Assembly: GCA_963798465.1 (NCBI GenBank)
Contig: CAWCTC010000001.1
Coordinates: forward strand, 464,465-528,464
Length of the DNA stretch: 64,000 nt
Direction: 5' to 3'
Source of the DNA: an uncultured bacterium
GTDB lineage: Bacteria > Patescibacteriota > Minisyncoccia > Phycocordibacterales > GWA1-40-21
The notes beneath the pieces were generated by a model. It made no database searches. It was not told where the DNA came from and saw nothing but the letters and a program-made list of their open reading frames with translations. The translations under genes and the position numbers were made by a program. Positions 1 through 7,755 of the stretch are shown here, one piece after another (position 1 is the stretch's first letter; each line of letters starts with the position of its first letter).

Positions 1-43
1 ATATCAAACGCAAAGTAAGACATATTATTACCAAAAAAATCAA

Positions 44-343
44 ATGACCGAACGAACCAATCTTTTTTATATGGCAAATCTTGGAAGTGAATTTATGCGT
101 GTGTTTTCTGCATATGAAAAAAAAGATATGACAGCAGTTCACACTGCATCCGTACGTGCACTTGCAATTACTGAGACACTACTCAAAAACAAGAAGTCAG
201 ATGCTGAAGAAAAAGAGATTAAGATATTGAAAGAAATACTCTCTAATTTCCAAAATAATGAACCGCTTGTCTCAATACGAAAAAGTGATATTGAAACTTA
301 TTTTCAACCTTTTGCACTAAGAATGATGTCGTTTCCTGGCTAG
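44..343 (+). CDS. hypothetical protein (99 aa)
   Basis: Intact ORF in the supplied track. I recognise no motif. Confidence 0.4.
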   Translation: MTERTNLFYMANLGSEFMRVFSAYEKKDMTAVHTASVRALAITETLLKNKKSDAEEKEIKILKEILSNFQNNEPLVSIRKSDIETYFQPFALRMMSFPG

Positions 344-369
344 AGGAAGTTAGAATTTGTTTGAAATAA

Positions 370-946
370 AAAAAACCCCACCAAAAGAAAATAGGCAGGA
401 GGAAAATTGGTCCGATTAATTTACACATACAATATGGAGACAGATTTCATATTATCGGCAAAAATGGAACAGGGAAGACAACTTTGTTGAAAATGTTAAT
501 TGGTGAATTGAAAAACGATTCCGGAGTTATTGAAAGTGGAGAAAATATAAAAATCGGATATATTTCTCAGGAAAGATGGTTTAATAGGCCGAATAAAAAA
601 GTAATTGATGAATTTTTGAAAAACAACAAAGATATCTGAATCGAACGCGAGAAGATTATTAAATAGATTTAGAATTACAACTGAAGATGTCAAAAAGCAT
701 CTTTCATTAATTAGTCCTGGGGAATATTCTAGATTTGTAATTGCCGAGCTTGCTGCAATAAAGTCGAATTGCATTATTCTTGATGAGCCGACGAATCATC
801 TTGATTTGGAAGTTATTGAGGAATTGGAAAATGGGCTAAAAGATTATAATGGAACGCTTATCGTGGTCAGTCATGATAGATATTTTGTGGAAAAATTGAA
901 ATTAAAACAAGTCTTTGATCTTAATGTTAATTCATTCAAATTATAA
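370..946 (+). pseudogene. ABC-F type ATPase remnant (single nucleotide-binding domain, frameshifted, no start codon)
   Basis: Manual translation. Frame 1 reads LHIQYGDRFHIIGKNGTGKTTLLKMLIGEL (Walker A) and stops at TGA 637-639. Frame 2 continues SESNARRLLNRF...LSLISPGEYSRF...CIILDEPTNHLD...LIVVSHDRYF to TAA 944-946. The N-terminal half of a normal ABC-F protein is absent. Confidence 0.75.
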
Positions 947-970
947 TAAATATACTTGCTTTATTTAAAA

Positions 971-1003
971 AAGACAGTATCCATAAGGACACTGTCTTTT
1001 TTA
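971..1003 (+). terminator. intrinsic terminator after the ABC-F remnant
   Basis: Stem AAGACAGT / ACTGTCTT (8 bp) followed by a T-run. Confidence 0.65.
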
Positions 1004-1025
1004 TTTACTTCCACCTCGTCTCCGT

Positions 1026-1142
1026 AACGGCACCTGAGATGCTCTCAATTACCATCGCGGTTCTTATTCCAGGTGCCATCAAATTTTCGTCCCAGAAAAA
1101 ACCTTATTTATACGCGTCTCGTGCTCGGCACGACTTGGCTCC
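1026..1142. repeat. 117-bp direct repeat, copy A (partner at 5859-5975)
   Basis: Hand alignment shows the last 87 nt identical to copy C and 4 mismatches in the first 30 nt. It contains the hairpin GGCACC...GGTGCC and the hairpin TCGTGC-CGA-GCACGA. It ends in TGGCTCC, the reverse complement of the tRNA-Asn 3' end GGAGCCA. Confidence 0.9.
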
Positions 1143-1431
1143 CGCAGTCGAGACGGAACCAAAGTCTGCCATACCCCGCAAGGTGATTTTTGACTATTTT
1201 ATGGTCTTATATCGACGCAACCTGAGAGCTTAGAAGTTGGACAAACTTGGACACAGAATGACTATAATTTGACGTTCTTCTTATCTTTTCTGTGTAAAAC
1301 CCAAGGATGCTCATATTTAAGATAATATATTTTTTCTAACTCAGATGTCGAGCAGGCAAAATGGACTTTCATAATGTTTGCAGCATACCATAGTAGTTAT
1401 CCACAGTAAGCAATATTGTGTGAATATGTAT

Positions 1432-1450
1432 GTGTGTATACAATACACAC
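1432..1450. promoter_or_regulatory. inverted repeat GTGTGTAT-aca-ATACACAC upstream of the radical SAM gene (possible operator)
   Basis: Perfect 8-bp arms about 80 nt upstream of ATG 1532. Function not established. Confidence 0.3.
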
Positions 1451-1531
1451 TAGATAAAAGATTAGTAAAAAATTCTTTTAAAAAAGTTCGTTCAAAATTA
1501 TGGAGAAAACCATTAAAAACGGAGGTGTAAT

Positions 1532-2557
1532 ATGAGTATTCCCAAAATAGCATGGCTTACTGTTAATCGCGCATGTCAAATGCGTTGCGGTTGGTGTTAT
1601 GCCGGCTCAACCGGTTACAAAACCGACTGCGACATGAGCTTGGAATTGGCAAAAAAGCTGGCCACTCTCGTTAAAAACGCTGGCGTTAAAACTATCGTAA
1701 TTATTGGAGGTGAACCAACACTTTGGAAACACCTTTTTGAATTTAACGATTTTTGTCGCAAATTGAAAATCAAGACTGGATTAGTTTCAAATTGTCAAAG
1801 ATTTTCTTCGTTAAAATTCTTCGAGGAGTACCAACAACATCCGAGTGACTACATTTCGGCTTCATTGAAAGCTTTTGATCAAAATAGCAGTATTTTGGTC
1901 AGTGATTTCAGGGATTTTGAGAGTGTTAAACTCGGCGTTCGAAGAATCTGTAGTTACCAAAAAACTCAAATTAGTTTGGTTTACAATTCTTCGATTAAAG
2001 GCCAATTAACCGATATGGTTAAAGTTGCTGTTGATCTAGGGTCATCATTTACGCGTATCGGAACTTGTAAACCCATTTCCGTTAACGGAAAATTTGTTTC
2101 GACACACTGTATTGATCATGTCTCAGTGATCGACGAAGTACTAAAACAGCATGCTGAACTCGACAGGATAACAAATGGAAAAATCCGTTTTATTACGAAT
2201 ATTCCATTCTGCGTCTGGCCGAGAGATTTTGTTAAAATGTTGTTGAGCAAAAAGCAAATTGGTGTTGGTGGTTGTCAATTTCAGGGACGGGCGGGTGTGG
2301 TATTTGATGTTGATGGGACAGTGATTCTATGTAATTCAATGTTTGATTGTTCAGTCGGAAAGTTTGAAAAAGACTTTTCCGATACTGAAGGTCTAACAAA
2401 ACTATTAAATTCCGAAAAAGTGAATTACATCTATCAAAAAATCAACCAATATCCGTCTGAGAAATGTATTGATTGTACAATGTGGAATTTCTGCCGTGGT
2501 TGCTGTCCAATTATGTGGACGGTCTATAAACCGACAGAAATAATTCGTGGTTGGTAA
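1532..2557 (+). CDS. radical SAM enzyme with C-terminal SPASM-type domain (putative peptide maturase)
   Basis: N-terminal CQMRCGWC (CxxxCxxC). C-terminal CQFQGRAGVVFDVDGTVILC (Cx13Gx4C) and CIDCTMWNFCRGCC (Cx2Cx5Cx3C-like). SD ggaggtg lies 5 nt upstream of the ATG. Confidence 0.85.
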   Translation: MSIPKIAWLTVNRACQMRCGWCYAGSTGYKTDCDMSLELAKKLATLVKNAGVKTIVIIGGEPTLWKHLFEFNDFCRKLKIKTGLVSNCQRFSSLKFFEEYQQHPSDYISASLKAFDQNSSILVSDFRDFESVKLGVRRICSYQKTQISLVYNSSIKGQLTDMVKVAVDLGSSFTRIGTCKPISVNGKFVSTHCIDHVSVIDEVLKQHAELDRITNGKIRFITNIPFCVWPRDFVKMLLSKKQIGVGGCQFQGRAGVVFDVDGTVILCNSMFDCSVGKFEKDFSDTEGLTKLLNSEKVNYIYQKINQYPSEKCIDCTMWNFCRGCCPIMWTVYKPTEIIRGW

Positions 2558-2577
2558 AACCACAAAGGAGGTGTGCC

Positions 2578-2715
2578 ATGGATAAGTTCATAGAGCAGTT
2601 CCAGCTAAGCGGAATTCCGTCACGTGAATTGCCTGATCAAATCTGCGATAATTGTGCTGACAATTGTACAGCAGATTGCGGTGGTCCGGTAGACGGCTGC
2701 AGCTGGGGTTATTAG
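2578..2715 (+). CDS. 45-aa Cys-rich peptide, candidate RiPP precursor (not in ORF track)
   Basis: Manual translation gives MDKFIEQFQLSGIPSRELPDQICDNCADNCTADCGGPVDGCSWGY*. A strong SD aaaggaggtg (2563-2572) precedes the ATG. The ORF starts 21 nt after the radical SAM stop and is followed by a 17-bp-stem terminator. Confidence 0.7.
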   Translation: MDKFIEQFQLSGIPSRELPDQICDNCADNCTADCGGPVDGCSWGY

Positions 2716-2733
2716 CGGTAGCTAATCGTACTA

Positions 2734-2775
2734 AAAGTGCTACTGTATACCTAGTATACAGTAGCACTTTTTATT
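2734..2775 (+). terminator. intrinsic terminator closing the radical SAM plus peptide unit
   Basis: AAAGTGCTACTGTATAC / GTATACAGTAGCACTTT perfect 17-bp stem followed by TTTT. Confidence 0.85.
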
Positions 2776-2794
2776 AATATTTATTTTAAAAACG

Positions 2795-3460
2795 ATGCAA
2801 TTAAAAATTATTTATTCTTTTGAAAATGATTTGAAAAGAATTCTCGATACAATTAGAGAGATTGATTGGTTTAAAGAAAAAGGTTATAGAGTAGAATTTC
2901 CACCGGAGATAGACATGGCTAAAATAAAGGAATATTCCGAGCAGGACGTGTCATTTATATTAAAAAATAAATGGAGCGATGAAGAGTATAAAAAACATGA
3001 AATTCTAATTCTTGAAGAATGGAAGAAATACTCAAAGAGATTAGAAAAAGATTTAAATACTGCCGGCTTAAAACCGGCCAAAGAATACATTGTTTTTTTG
3101 ACTAGATATGGCGTCGGTGGCAGTTATGACTCACAAAGTAATAGTGTAATTTTGAATGTTTCTTATTATGAACGCAATACAAATCGTTCATTAATCGCGG
3201 CGCTTTTACATGAAATTGTACATATTAATATTTCAAGTTATATAGAACAGAATCAAATCTCTCATGGACAAAAAGAAAAAATCGTGGATATGATAATGAA
3301 GAAATCTTTTGCTGATGATTTTCCACAAGAAGTTTTTTTGCAAAAATGGCTATATACCAAAAGCCTTTCTGAAAAATCAGAATCAATTTTTAATGAGTTT
3401 TATCCTAACATAAGGTTAATAATTCAAAAACTGGGAGTATCAGGGTCGACCGCCATTTAA
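2795..3460 (+). CDS. hypothetical protein with HExxH motif (putative zinc metallopeptidase)
   Basis: Contains ALLHEIVHINIS (HEIVH). No signal peptide or TM segment is evident. No family assignment possible by eye. Confidence 0.45.
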   Translation: MQLKIIYSFENDLKRILDTIREIDWFKEKGYRVEFPPEIDMAKIKEYSEQDVSFILKNKWSDEEYKKHEILILEEWKKYSKRLEKDLNTAGLKPAKEYIVFLTRYGVGGSYDSQSNSVILNVSYYERNTNRSLIAALLHEIVHINISSYIEQNQISHGQKEKIVDMIMKKSFADDFPQEVFLQKWLYTKSLSEKSESIFNEFYPNIRLIIQKLGVSGSTAI

Positions 3461-3694
3461 TCTAATATGTTAGGCCTTTTCTCCACGAAATAAAATCATC
3501 CTTGTCATATTTTAAATACTACTATAAATTGAGCCAAATATAATTAATATAAACTCATGATTACACTTTCGATTTCTTACTAAATGGGTACCTATACTAA
3601 ATAGCACTTTCGAACCACTAAAGTACGGCTCTATTAAAGAATAAGAGAGCACTTTCATGCTCTCTAATCCTATCTTGCTCCGTCTCTAGGAACC

Positions 3695-3740
3695 GAACGG
3701 CACCTGAGAGGCTCTCAAATACCGTTAGGTTCGATTCCAG
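3695..3740. repeat. partial third copy (B) of the 5' module of the 117-bp repeat
   Basis: GAACGGCACCTGAGAGGCTCTCAAATACCGT differs from copy C at one position. It then continues tAGGTTCGATTCCAG against cgcGGTTCTTATTCCAG in copies A and C. Confidence 0.8.
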
Positions 3741-3790
3741 TTATAAGTATTTGTTTCTGGTTAAATTATTTTAAAAAAGCAGAGGATAAA

Positions 3791-5824
3791 TTAAATCCTT
3801 AAACCCAATTCATTAGCAAAAAATGACAACATAAGCGCTTGTCCTTCAACTATTTTTGCAATAGGCTTTCCAGCACCGTGTCCGGCATCCATTTCAGTAA
3901 AGATAAGTACTTTATTTTCTTTATTTACAGATTGCAGCAGTGCTGTCATTTTCCTGGAATGAAGTGGATTAACTCTAGTATCTTTTTCAGCTGTTGTAAA
4001 AAGAAAATTCGGATATTCAATTCCTTGCACAACATTATGATACGGGCTCCACTTTAAAATATTTTCTAAATCTTTTTTTACTTCTGGATTTCCGTATTCA
4101 TGAACCCAACGAATAGCCATGCCGAATTTTGGAAATCTCACCATATCAGTAAGGGGAACGCGGGAACAAACAGCTTTAAATAAATCTGGACGTTGTACAG
4201 CGACTGCAGAAACAAGAAGTCCTCCGTTACTTCCTCCTAATATACCTAAATGATTTTTATTTGTATATTTTTTAGAAATTAAATATTCTGCTGCTGCGAT
4301 AAAATCATCAAAACAGTTTTGTTTATGTTCCATAATTCCATCCTTATGCCATTTGTCCCCAAATTCACCACCTCCGCGAATATTTGCTATTGCAAAAATA
4401 CAGTTTCTTTCCATCCAAGGTATCCAACCTCTTGAAAAAGAGGGGATTTCATTATTTCCGAAACCCCCATACCCATATAGGATAGTTGGATTATTTCCGT
4501 TTAGTTGCACATCTTTCTTATGATAGATAAACATCGGTACTTTTGTTCCATCTTTTGATATGCACCATTCCTGCTTTACAATATAATCATCCGGGTTTAT
4601 AGGATTATCAGTTTTTCTGTATAGTGAATATTCTTTTGTGTTTGGATCAAAGTGATAAAGAACTTTTGGAAAAGTAAAAGAAGTAACTCCATAAAAAAAT
4701 TCGTCTTCTTCTCTTCGTGAACTTAAACCGGCAAGGCTTGAATATTTTGGAAGAGGTATTGTTCCAATTTCTTTGCCAAAGCAATCAAAGATAATAACTT
4801 CGGAACAGGCATTTGTTAAATATTCAACAATAATTTTATCTTTTGTCAGGTGAGTTGATTGAATTGCTGAATTTCTTTCCGGAATAAGTTCTTCCCATTC
4901 ATCAATCGGTTTGTACAGGTCATCAAATGTTGTATAGAGAAACCTTCCATTATTTGCTTTGTAATTCGTATTAATAATAACTTTATCGCTAATAAACATA
5001 GGTGAAAATTCTGCCTTCATACCAACAATAAAAGGCTTTGTTTCTTTTGTTGTTGTGTTATACATGTATATATTGTTTTCAGTCCATGTTTGTCTTACGC
5101 TGATTGCCAGATATCTGCCATCAATGGAAGAGACAAGGCCGAACATGTCATCTTTTGGTCTTCCTTTACCAAAAATAAGTTCATCATTATCTGAATTATC
5201 TCCAAGTTTATGGAAATATACTTTCGAATGCAAATGTTCCTCGTTTTTTGGAACCGTTCCTGGTCGAGGATTCCTCGTATAGAAAAAACCTGTATCGTTT
5301 GGTAGCCAGCGAATAGATGCATATCTGCAATGAATTATTTTGTCATCCAAATTCTTATTTGTGTCAGTATCTATTACATATAAAGTTGCCATTTCATTAC
5401 CGCCTTCTGAAAGACCATATGCAATATACTTGCCCGAATGAGAATTATTCCAATAATCTAAAGTAATAGTATTGTTTTCTTTTAAACCGTTTGGATTCAC
5501 CAATTCAACTGGGACTCCGTTTAATCCTTTTTTCATATATAGAACGGCTTGATCTTGATTCGGTTGTCTTTCAGTATAAAAATAGCGACCATGTACTGGA
5601 ACTGGGTTTGAGAAAACGACCGCTTTAAAATTTTTAATAAGTTCAGCTGAAAATGTTTTAAAGATATCATTTTTCAAAACAGAGTCAGTATATTCATTTT
5701 GATTTTTTATCCAGTTCTTAACTTCAGGATCGTCTGCATTTTCTAACCAGCGATATGGATCAGATATTTTTATCCCTTGTATTTCATCTACGATATCTTC
5801 TTTTTTTGTTTTAGGAATATTCAT
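3791..5824 (-). CDS. prolyl oligopeptidase family serine peptidase (S9A)
   Basis: 677 aa. N-terminal DPYRWLEN, nucleophile elbow GGSNGGLL, C-terminal DTRV...GHGAGK. Typical POP beta-propeller plus hydrolase length. Confidence 0.9.
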   Translation of the reverse strand: MNIPKTKKEDIVDEIQGIKISDPYRWLENADDPEVKNWIKNQNEYTDSVLKNDIFKTFSAELIKNFKAVVFSNPVPVHGRYFYTERQPNQDQAVLYMKKGLNGVPVELVNPNGLKENNTITLDYWNNSHSGKYIAYGLSEGGNEMATLYVIDTDTNKNLDDKIIHCRYASIRWLPNDTGFFYTRNPRPGTVPKNEEHLHSKVYFHKLGDNSDNDELIFGKGRPKDDMFGLVSSIDGRYLAISVRQTWTENNIYMYNTTTKETKPFIVGMKAEFSPMFISDKVIINTNYKANNGRFLYTTFDDLYKPIDEWEELIPERNSAIQSTHLTKDKIIVEYLTNACSEVIIFDCFGKEIGTIPLPKYSSLAGLSSRREEDEFFYGVTSFTFPKVLYHFDPNTKEYSLYRKTDNPINPDDYIVKQEWCISKDGTKVPMFIYHKKDVQLNGNNPTILYGYGGFGNNEIPSFSRGWIPWMERNCIFAIANIRGGGEFGDKWHKDGIMEHKQNCFDDFIAAAEYLISKKYTNKNHLGILGGSNGGLLVSAVAVQRPDLFKAVCSRVPLTDMVRFPKFGMAIRWVHEYGNPEVKKDLENILKWSPYHNVVQGIEYPNFLFTTAEKDTRVNPLHSRKMTALLQSVNKENKVLIFTEMDAGHGAGKPIAKIVEGQALMLSFFANELGLRI

Positions 5825-5858
5825 ATTTTATTTAGTTTCTTAATAGAGACAAAAATCG

Positions 5859-5975
5859 AACGGCGCCTGAGAGGCTCTCAAATACCGTCGCGGTTCTTAT
5901 TCCAGGTGCCATCAAATTTTCGTCCCAGAAAAAACCTTATTTATACGCGTCTCGTGCTCGGCACGACTTGGCTCC
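5859..5975. repeat. 117-bp direct repeat, copy C (overlaps the last 7 nt of tRNA-Asn)
   Basis: See copy A. On the minus strand it lies directly downstream of tRNA-Asn and 35 nt upstream of the POP start codon. Confidence 0.9.
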
Positions 5976-6043
5976 GGAGACAGGGATCGAACCTGTGACC
6001 AATCGCTTAACAGGCGATTGCTCTACCGCTGAGCTACTCCGGA
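5969..6043 (-). tRNA. tRNA-Asn (GTT), CCA encoded
   Basis: Reverse complement is TCCGGAGTAGCTCAGCGGTAGAGCAATCGCCTGTTAAGCGATTGGTCACAGGTTCGATCCCTGTCTCCGGAGCCA. Cloverleaf with anticodon loop CTGTTAA and T-loop GGTTCGATCC. Confidence 0.95.
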
Positions 6044-6058
6044 ATATTTGAAACAAAT

Positions 6059-6188
6059 TCCGGAGTGTTGGCTCAGCGGAACCGCTGGTCACGAGTATTT
6101 TTCTGCTGAAAAATCTCGCGACCCCGATTCGCGCCGTCGCGCTCCGTCTTTGAAATGCTGCACGTATTCGCATTTCAACTACTCCGGA
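6059..6188. ncRNA. unassigned structured element (about 130 nt, four hairpins closed by TCCGGAGT/ACTCCGGA)
   Basis: Hairpins seen: CAGCG-GAAC-CGCTG; ATTTTTC-TGCT-GAAAAAT extended by CACGAG/CTCGCG; CGCGAC...GTCGCG; TTGAAATGC-11 nt-GCATTTCAA. The strand cannot be decided from the sequence. Confidence 0.4.
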
Positions 6189-6214
6189 ATACATGGCATA
6201 ATAGCAAATAAAAA

Positions 6215-6478
6215 TTGAAAAGTGAAGCTTTTTTAAAATATTGCTATAATCATTGCGTGTATATAAAGGTCAAAGTCAAAACAAATGCAAAAAAAGAAAA
6301 GATTGTTAAAAAATCTGAGGATCATTTTGATATCTCTGTAAAAGAGCCGGCAGAAAGAAATTTGGCAAATAAAAAAGTTTTGGAGCTAGTGCGAACTTAT
6401 TTTAAAGTGTATAATGGGAAGGTCAGAATAGTGAGTGGACATCATTCACCAAGTAAAATTATAAGCTTAGATAAATAG
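6215..6478 (+). CDS. DUF167 (YggU-like) family protein
   Basis: VYIKVKVKTNAKKEKIV...ISVKEPAERNLANKKVLELV...VRIVSGHHSPSKII matches the DUF167 pattern. The true start may be the in-frame GTG at 6257. Confidence 0.6.
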   Translation: MKSEAFLKYCYNHCVYIKVKVKTNAKKEKIVKKSEDHFDISVKEPAERNLANKKVLELVRTYFKVYNGKVRIVSGHHSPSKIISLDK

Positions 6479-6486
6479 ATAAAAAA

Positions 6487-6849
6487 ATGCGTCACAATGT
6501 CAAAACCACGGATTTCTCAATGACTCCGGCAATCAGCGATTATGTTGAAAAAAGAATTGCTCATCTGGATAAATTTGTCAGCCCGGAACACAAAGATCTT
6601 CCGATTTGTTATGTTGAAATAGGTAAAACTACCAACCATCATAAAAATGGGGAATTATTTAGAGCAGAGTTTACAGTTTTTATAGGTGACAAATCTATGA
6701 GAGCCGAATCCGAACAAGAAGATTTATATGCAGCTCTCGATTTAGTAACTGATGAAATGTCTGAAGAATTAAGATCTTTCAAAGATAAAAAGACCAGCGT
6801 AAATAAAAAAGAAGGAGCAAAAGTAAAGTCCATAATAAAAGAATTATAA
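6487..6849 (+). CDS. hpf: ribosome hibernation promoting factor (HPF/RaiA family)
   Basis: 120 aa. MTPAISDYVEKRIAHLDKF...AEFTVFIGDKSMRAESEQEDLYAALDLVTDEM is the typical S30AE pattern. Confidence 0.85.
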   Translation: MRHNVKTTDFSMTPAISDYVEKRIAHLDKFVSPEHKDLPICYVEIGKTTNHHKNGELFRAEFTVFIGDKSMRAESEQEDLYAALDLVTDEMSEELRSFKDKKTSVNKKEGAKVKSIIKEL

Positions 6850-6859
6850 AATAATAAAA

Positions 6860-6896
6860 TTAATGGGCGGCCACGAAGTGGCCGCCCATTAATTTT
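6860..6896. terminator. bidirectional terminator between convergent hpf and fmt
   Basis: TTAATGGGCGGCCAC-gaa-GTGGCCGCCCATTAA, a 15-bp perfect stem flanked by A/T runs. Confidence 0.85.
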
Positions 6897-6897
6897 A

Positions 6898-7755
6898 TTA
6901 TTTTAATCCTCTCAAAAAATCCGCATAGCTCATTTCTTTTTTGCCTTCAGGAATTACATTTTGAATTTCTAGCATATTGTCTTTCCAAACCGCTTTTTTG
7001 ATAATTACTCTCATTTTTTGTCCATTTTTATTAACCTCAAAATAAGTTTTTGGCCATTCTTCAAAAGCCAAAATTTTTAAATAATTTTTAAAGGCATCTT
7101 TTGATAAATCAAGAAATCCATCTGTTTTTTCAGTTTTTTTCGTAAATGTCGCTTCGCTGTCATCTTGTACTTTTACTTTTATTTTGCCCTTAATCCAATC
7201 CGGCAATATTTCCGCCAAAAGATCTGCACCTTCTTTAGCCAAAATTTCTTGAAGATTTAAAAAACCAACTGGCCAAGCTGAGTTTTCAAGTTTCTTCTGT
7301 GCGACAATTGCGCCATGATCGACTTGCTCGTCTACAAGCATGATTGAAACTCCAATTTCTTTTTCATTATTTAATATTTGTTCTTGAAGTGGGGAAGGTC
7401 CTCGATATTTTGGCAGGAGCGAAGGATGAATATTCAAAACGTTGTATTTTGGAATATCAATCACAATTTTTGGAATTATTTTTCCATAAGATGCGACGAT
7501 AAAAAGATTGTAGTCTTTAATTTTATTCAAAAAGGTTTCATCTTTGAGTTTTTCAGGTTCCACGCATCCAATTCCATTTTCTTCAGCCCAAATTTTTGTT
7601 GGTGTTGGTGTCAGAACCATTTTTCTTCCTTGCGGTTTGTCTGGAGTAGTAACAATAAGCTCAGGAACAATTCCATTTTTCTTGAGCTCTTTTAAAACGA
7701 TCAGTGAAAATTCTGACGTTCCGAAAAAAGCAATTTTTATATCTTTATTGAACAT
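6898..7755 (-). CDS. fmt: methionyl-tRNA formyltransferase
   Basis: IAFFGTSEFS..., NIHPSLLPKYRGPSPLQ, 285 aa. Confidence 0.9.
   Translation of the reverse strand: MFNKDIKIAFFGTSEFSLIVLKELKKNGIVPELIVTTPDKPQGRKMVLTPTPTKIWAEENGIGCVEPEKLKDETFLNKIKDYNLFIVASYGKIIPKIVIDIPKYNVLNIHPSLLPKYRGPSPLQEQILNNEKEIGVSIMLVDEQVDHGAIVAQKKLENSAWPVGFLNLQEILAKEGADLLAEILPDWIKGKIKVKVQDDSEATFTKKTEKTDGFLDLSKDAFKNYLKILAFEEWPKTYFEVNKNGQKMRVIIKKAVWKDNMLEIQNVIPEGKKEMSYADFLRGLK

Noticed and set aside
1136-1200. A second tRNA or tRNA pseudogene after repeat copy A, because the sequence begins TGGCTCC (= GGAGCCA) and contains GGAACC.
   Set aside because: I could not build an acceptor stem, T-arm (the loop would be 9 nt with a mismatched stem) or anticodon arm. 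Only the 7-nt tRNA-Asn end is shared.
3691-3730. Integron attC site: ACCGAAC ... GTTAGGT resembles the R'' / R' cores (RYYYAAC / GTTRRRY).
   Set aside because: Only copy B fits, at 39 nt, which is shorter than the attC sites I know of. Copies A and C lack a GTTRRRY core. No integron integrase or attI is present.
6059-6188. An intron-containing or long-arm tRNA, because TCCGGAGTAG repeats the 5' end of tRNA-Asn and GGCTCAGCGGAA resembles a D-arm.
   Set aside because: No D-stem, anticodon arm or T-arm can be placed on either strand. At 130 nt with four unrelated hairpins it does not fit a cloverleaf.
5937-6194. Track ORFs 5937-6194 (-) and 16015-16200 (-).
   Set aside because: They run through tRNA-Asn and tRNA-Gln respectively, and through structured non-coding sequence. 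They are spurious.
6245-6259. Leaderless mRNAs: -10-like boxes 5-7 nt upstream of start codons (TATAAT 6245 before GTG 6257; TGTGATAAAAT before ATG 18998; TATAAT 33078 before ATG 33089).
   Set aside because: In a genome this AT-rich, TATAAT-like hexamers near starts are expected by chance. Without TSS data the pattern is not supportable.
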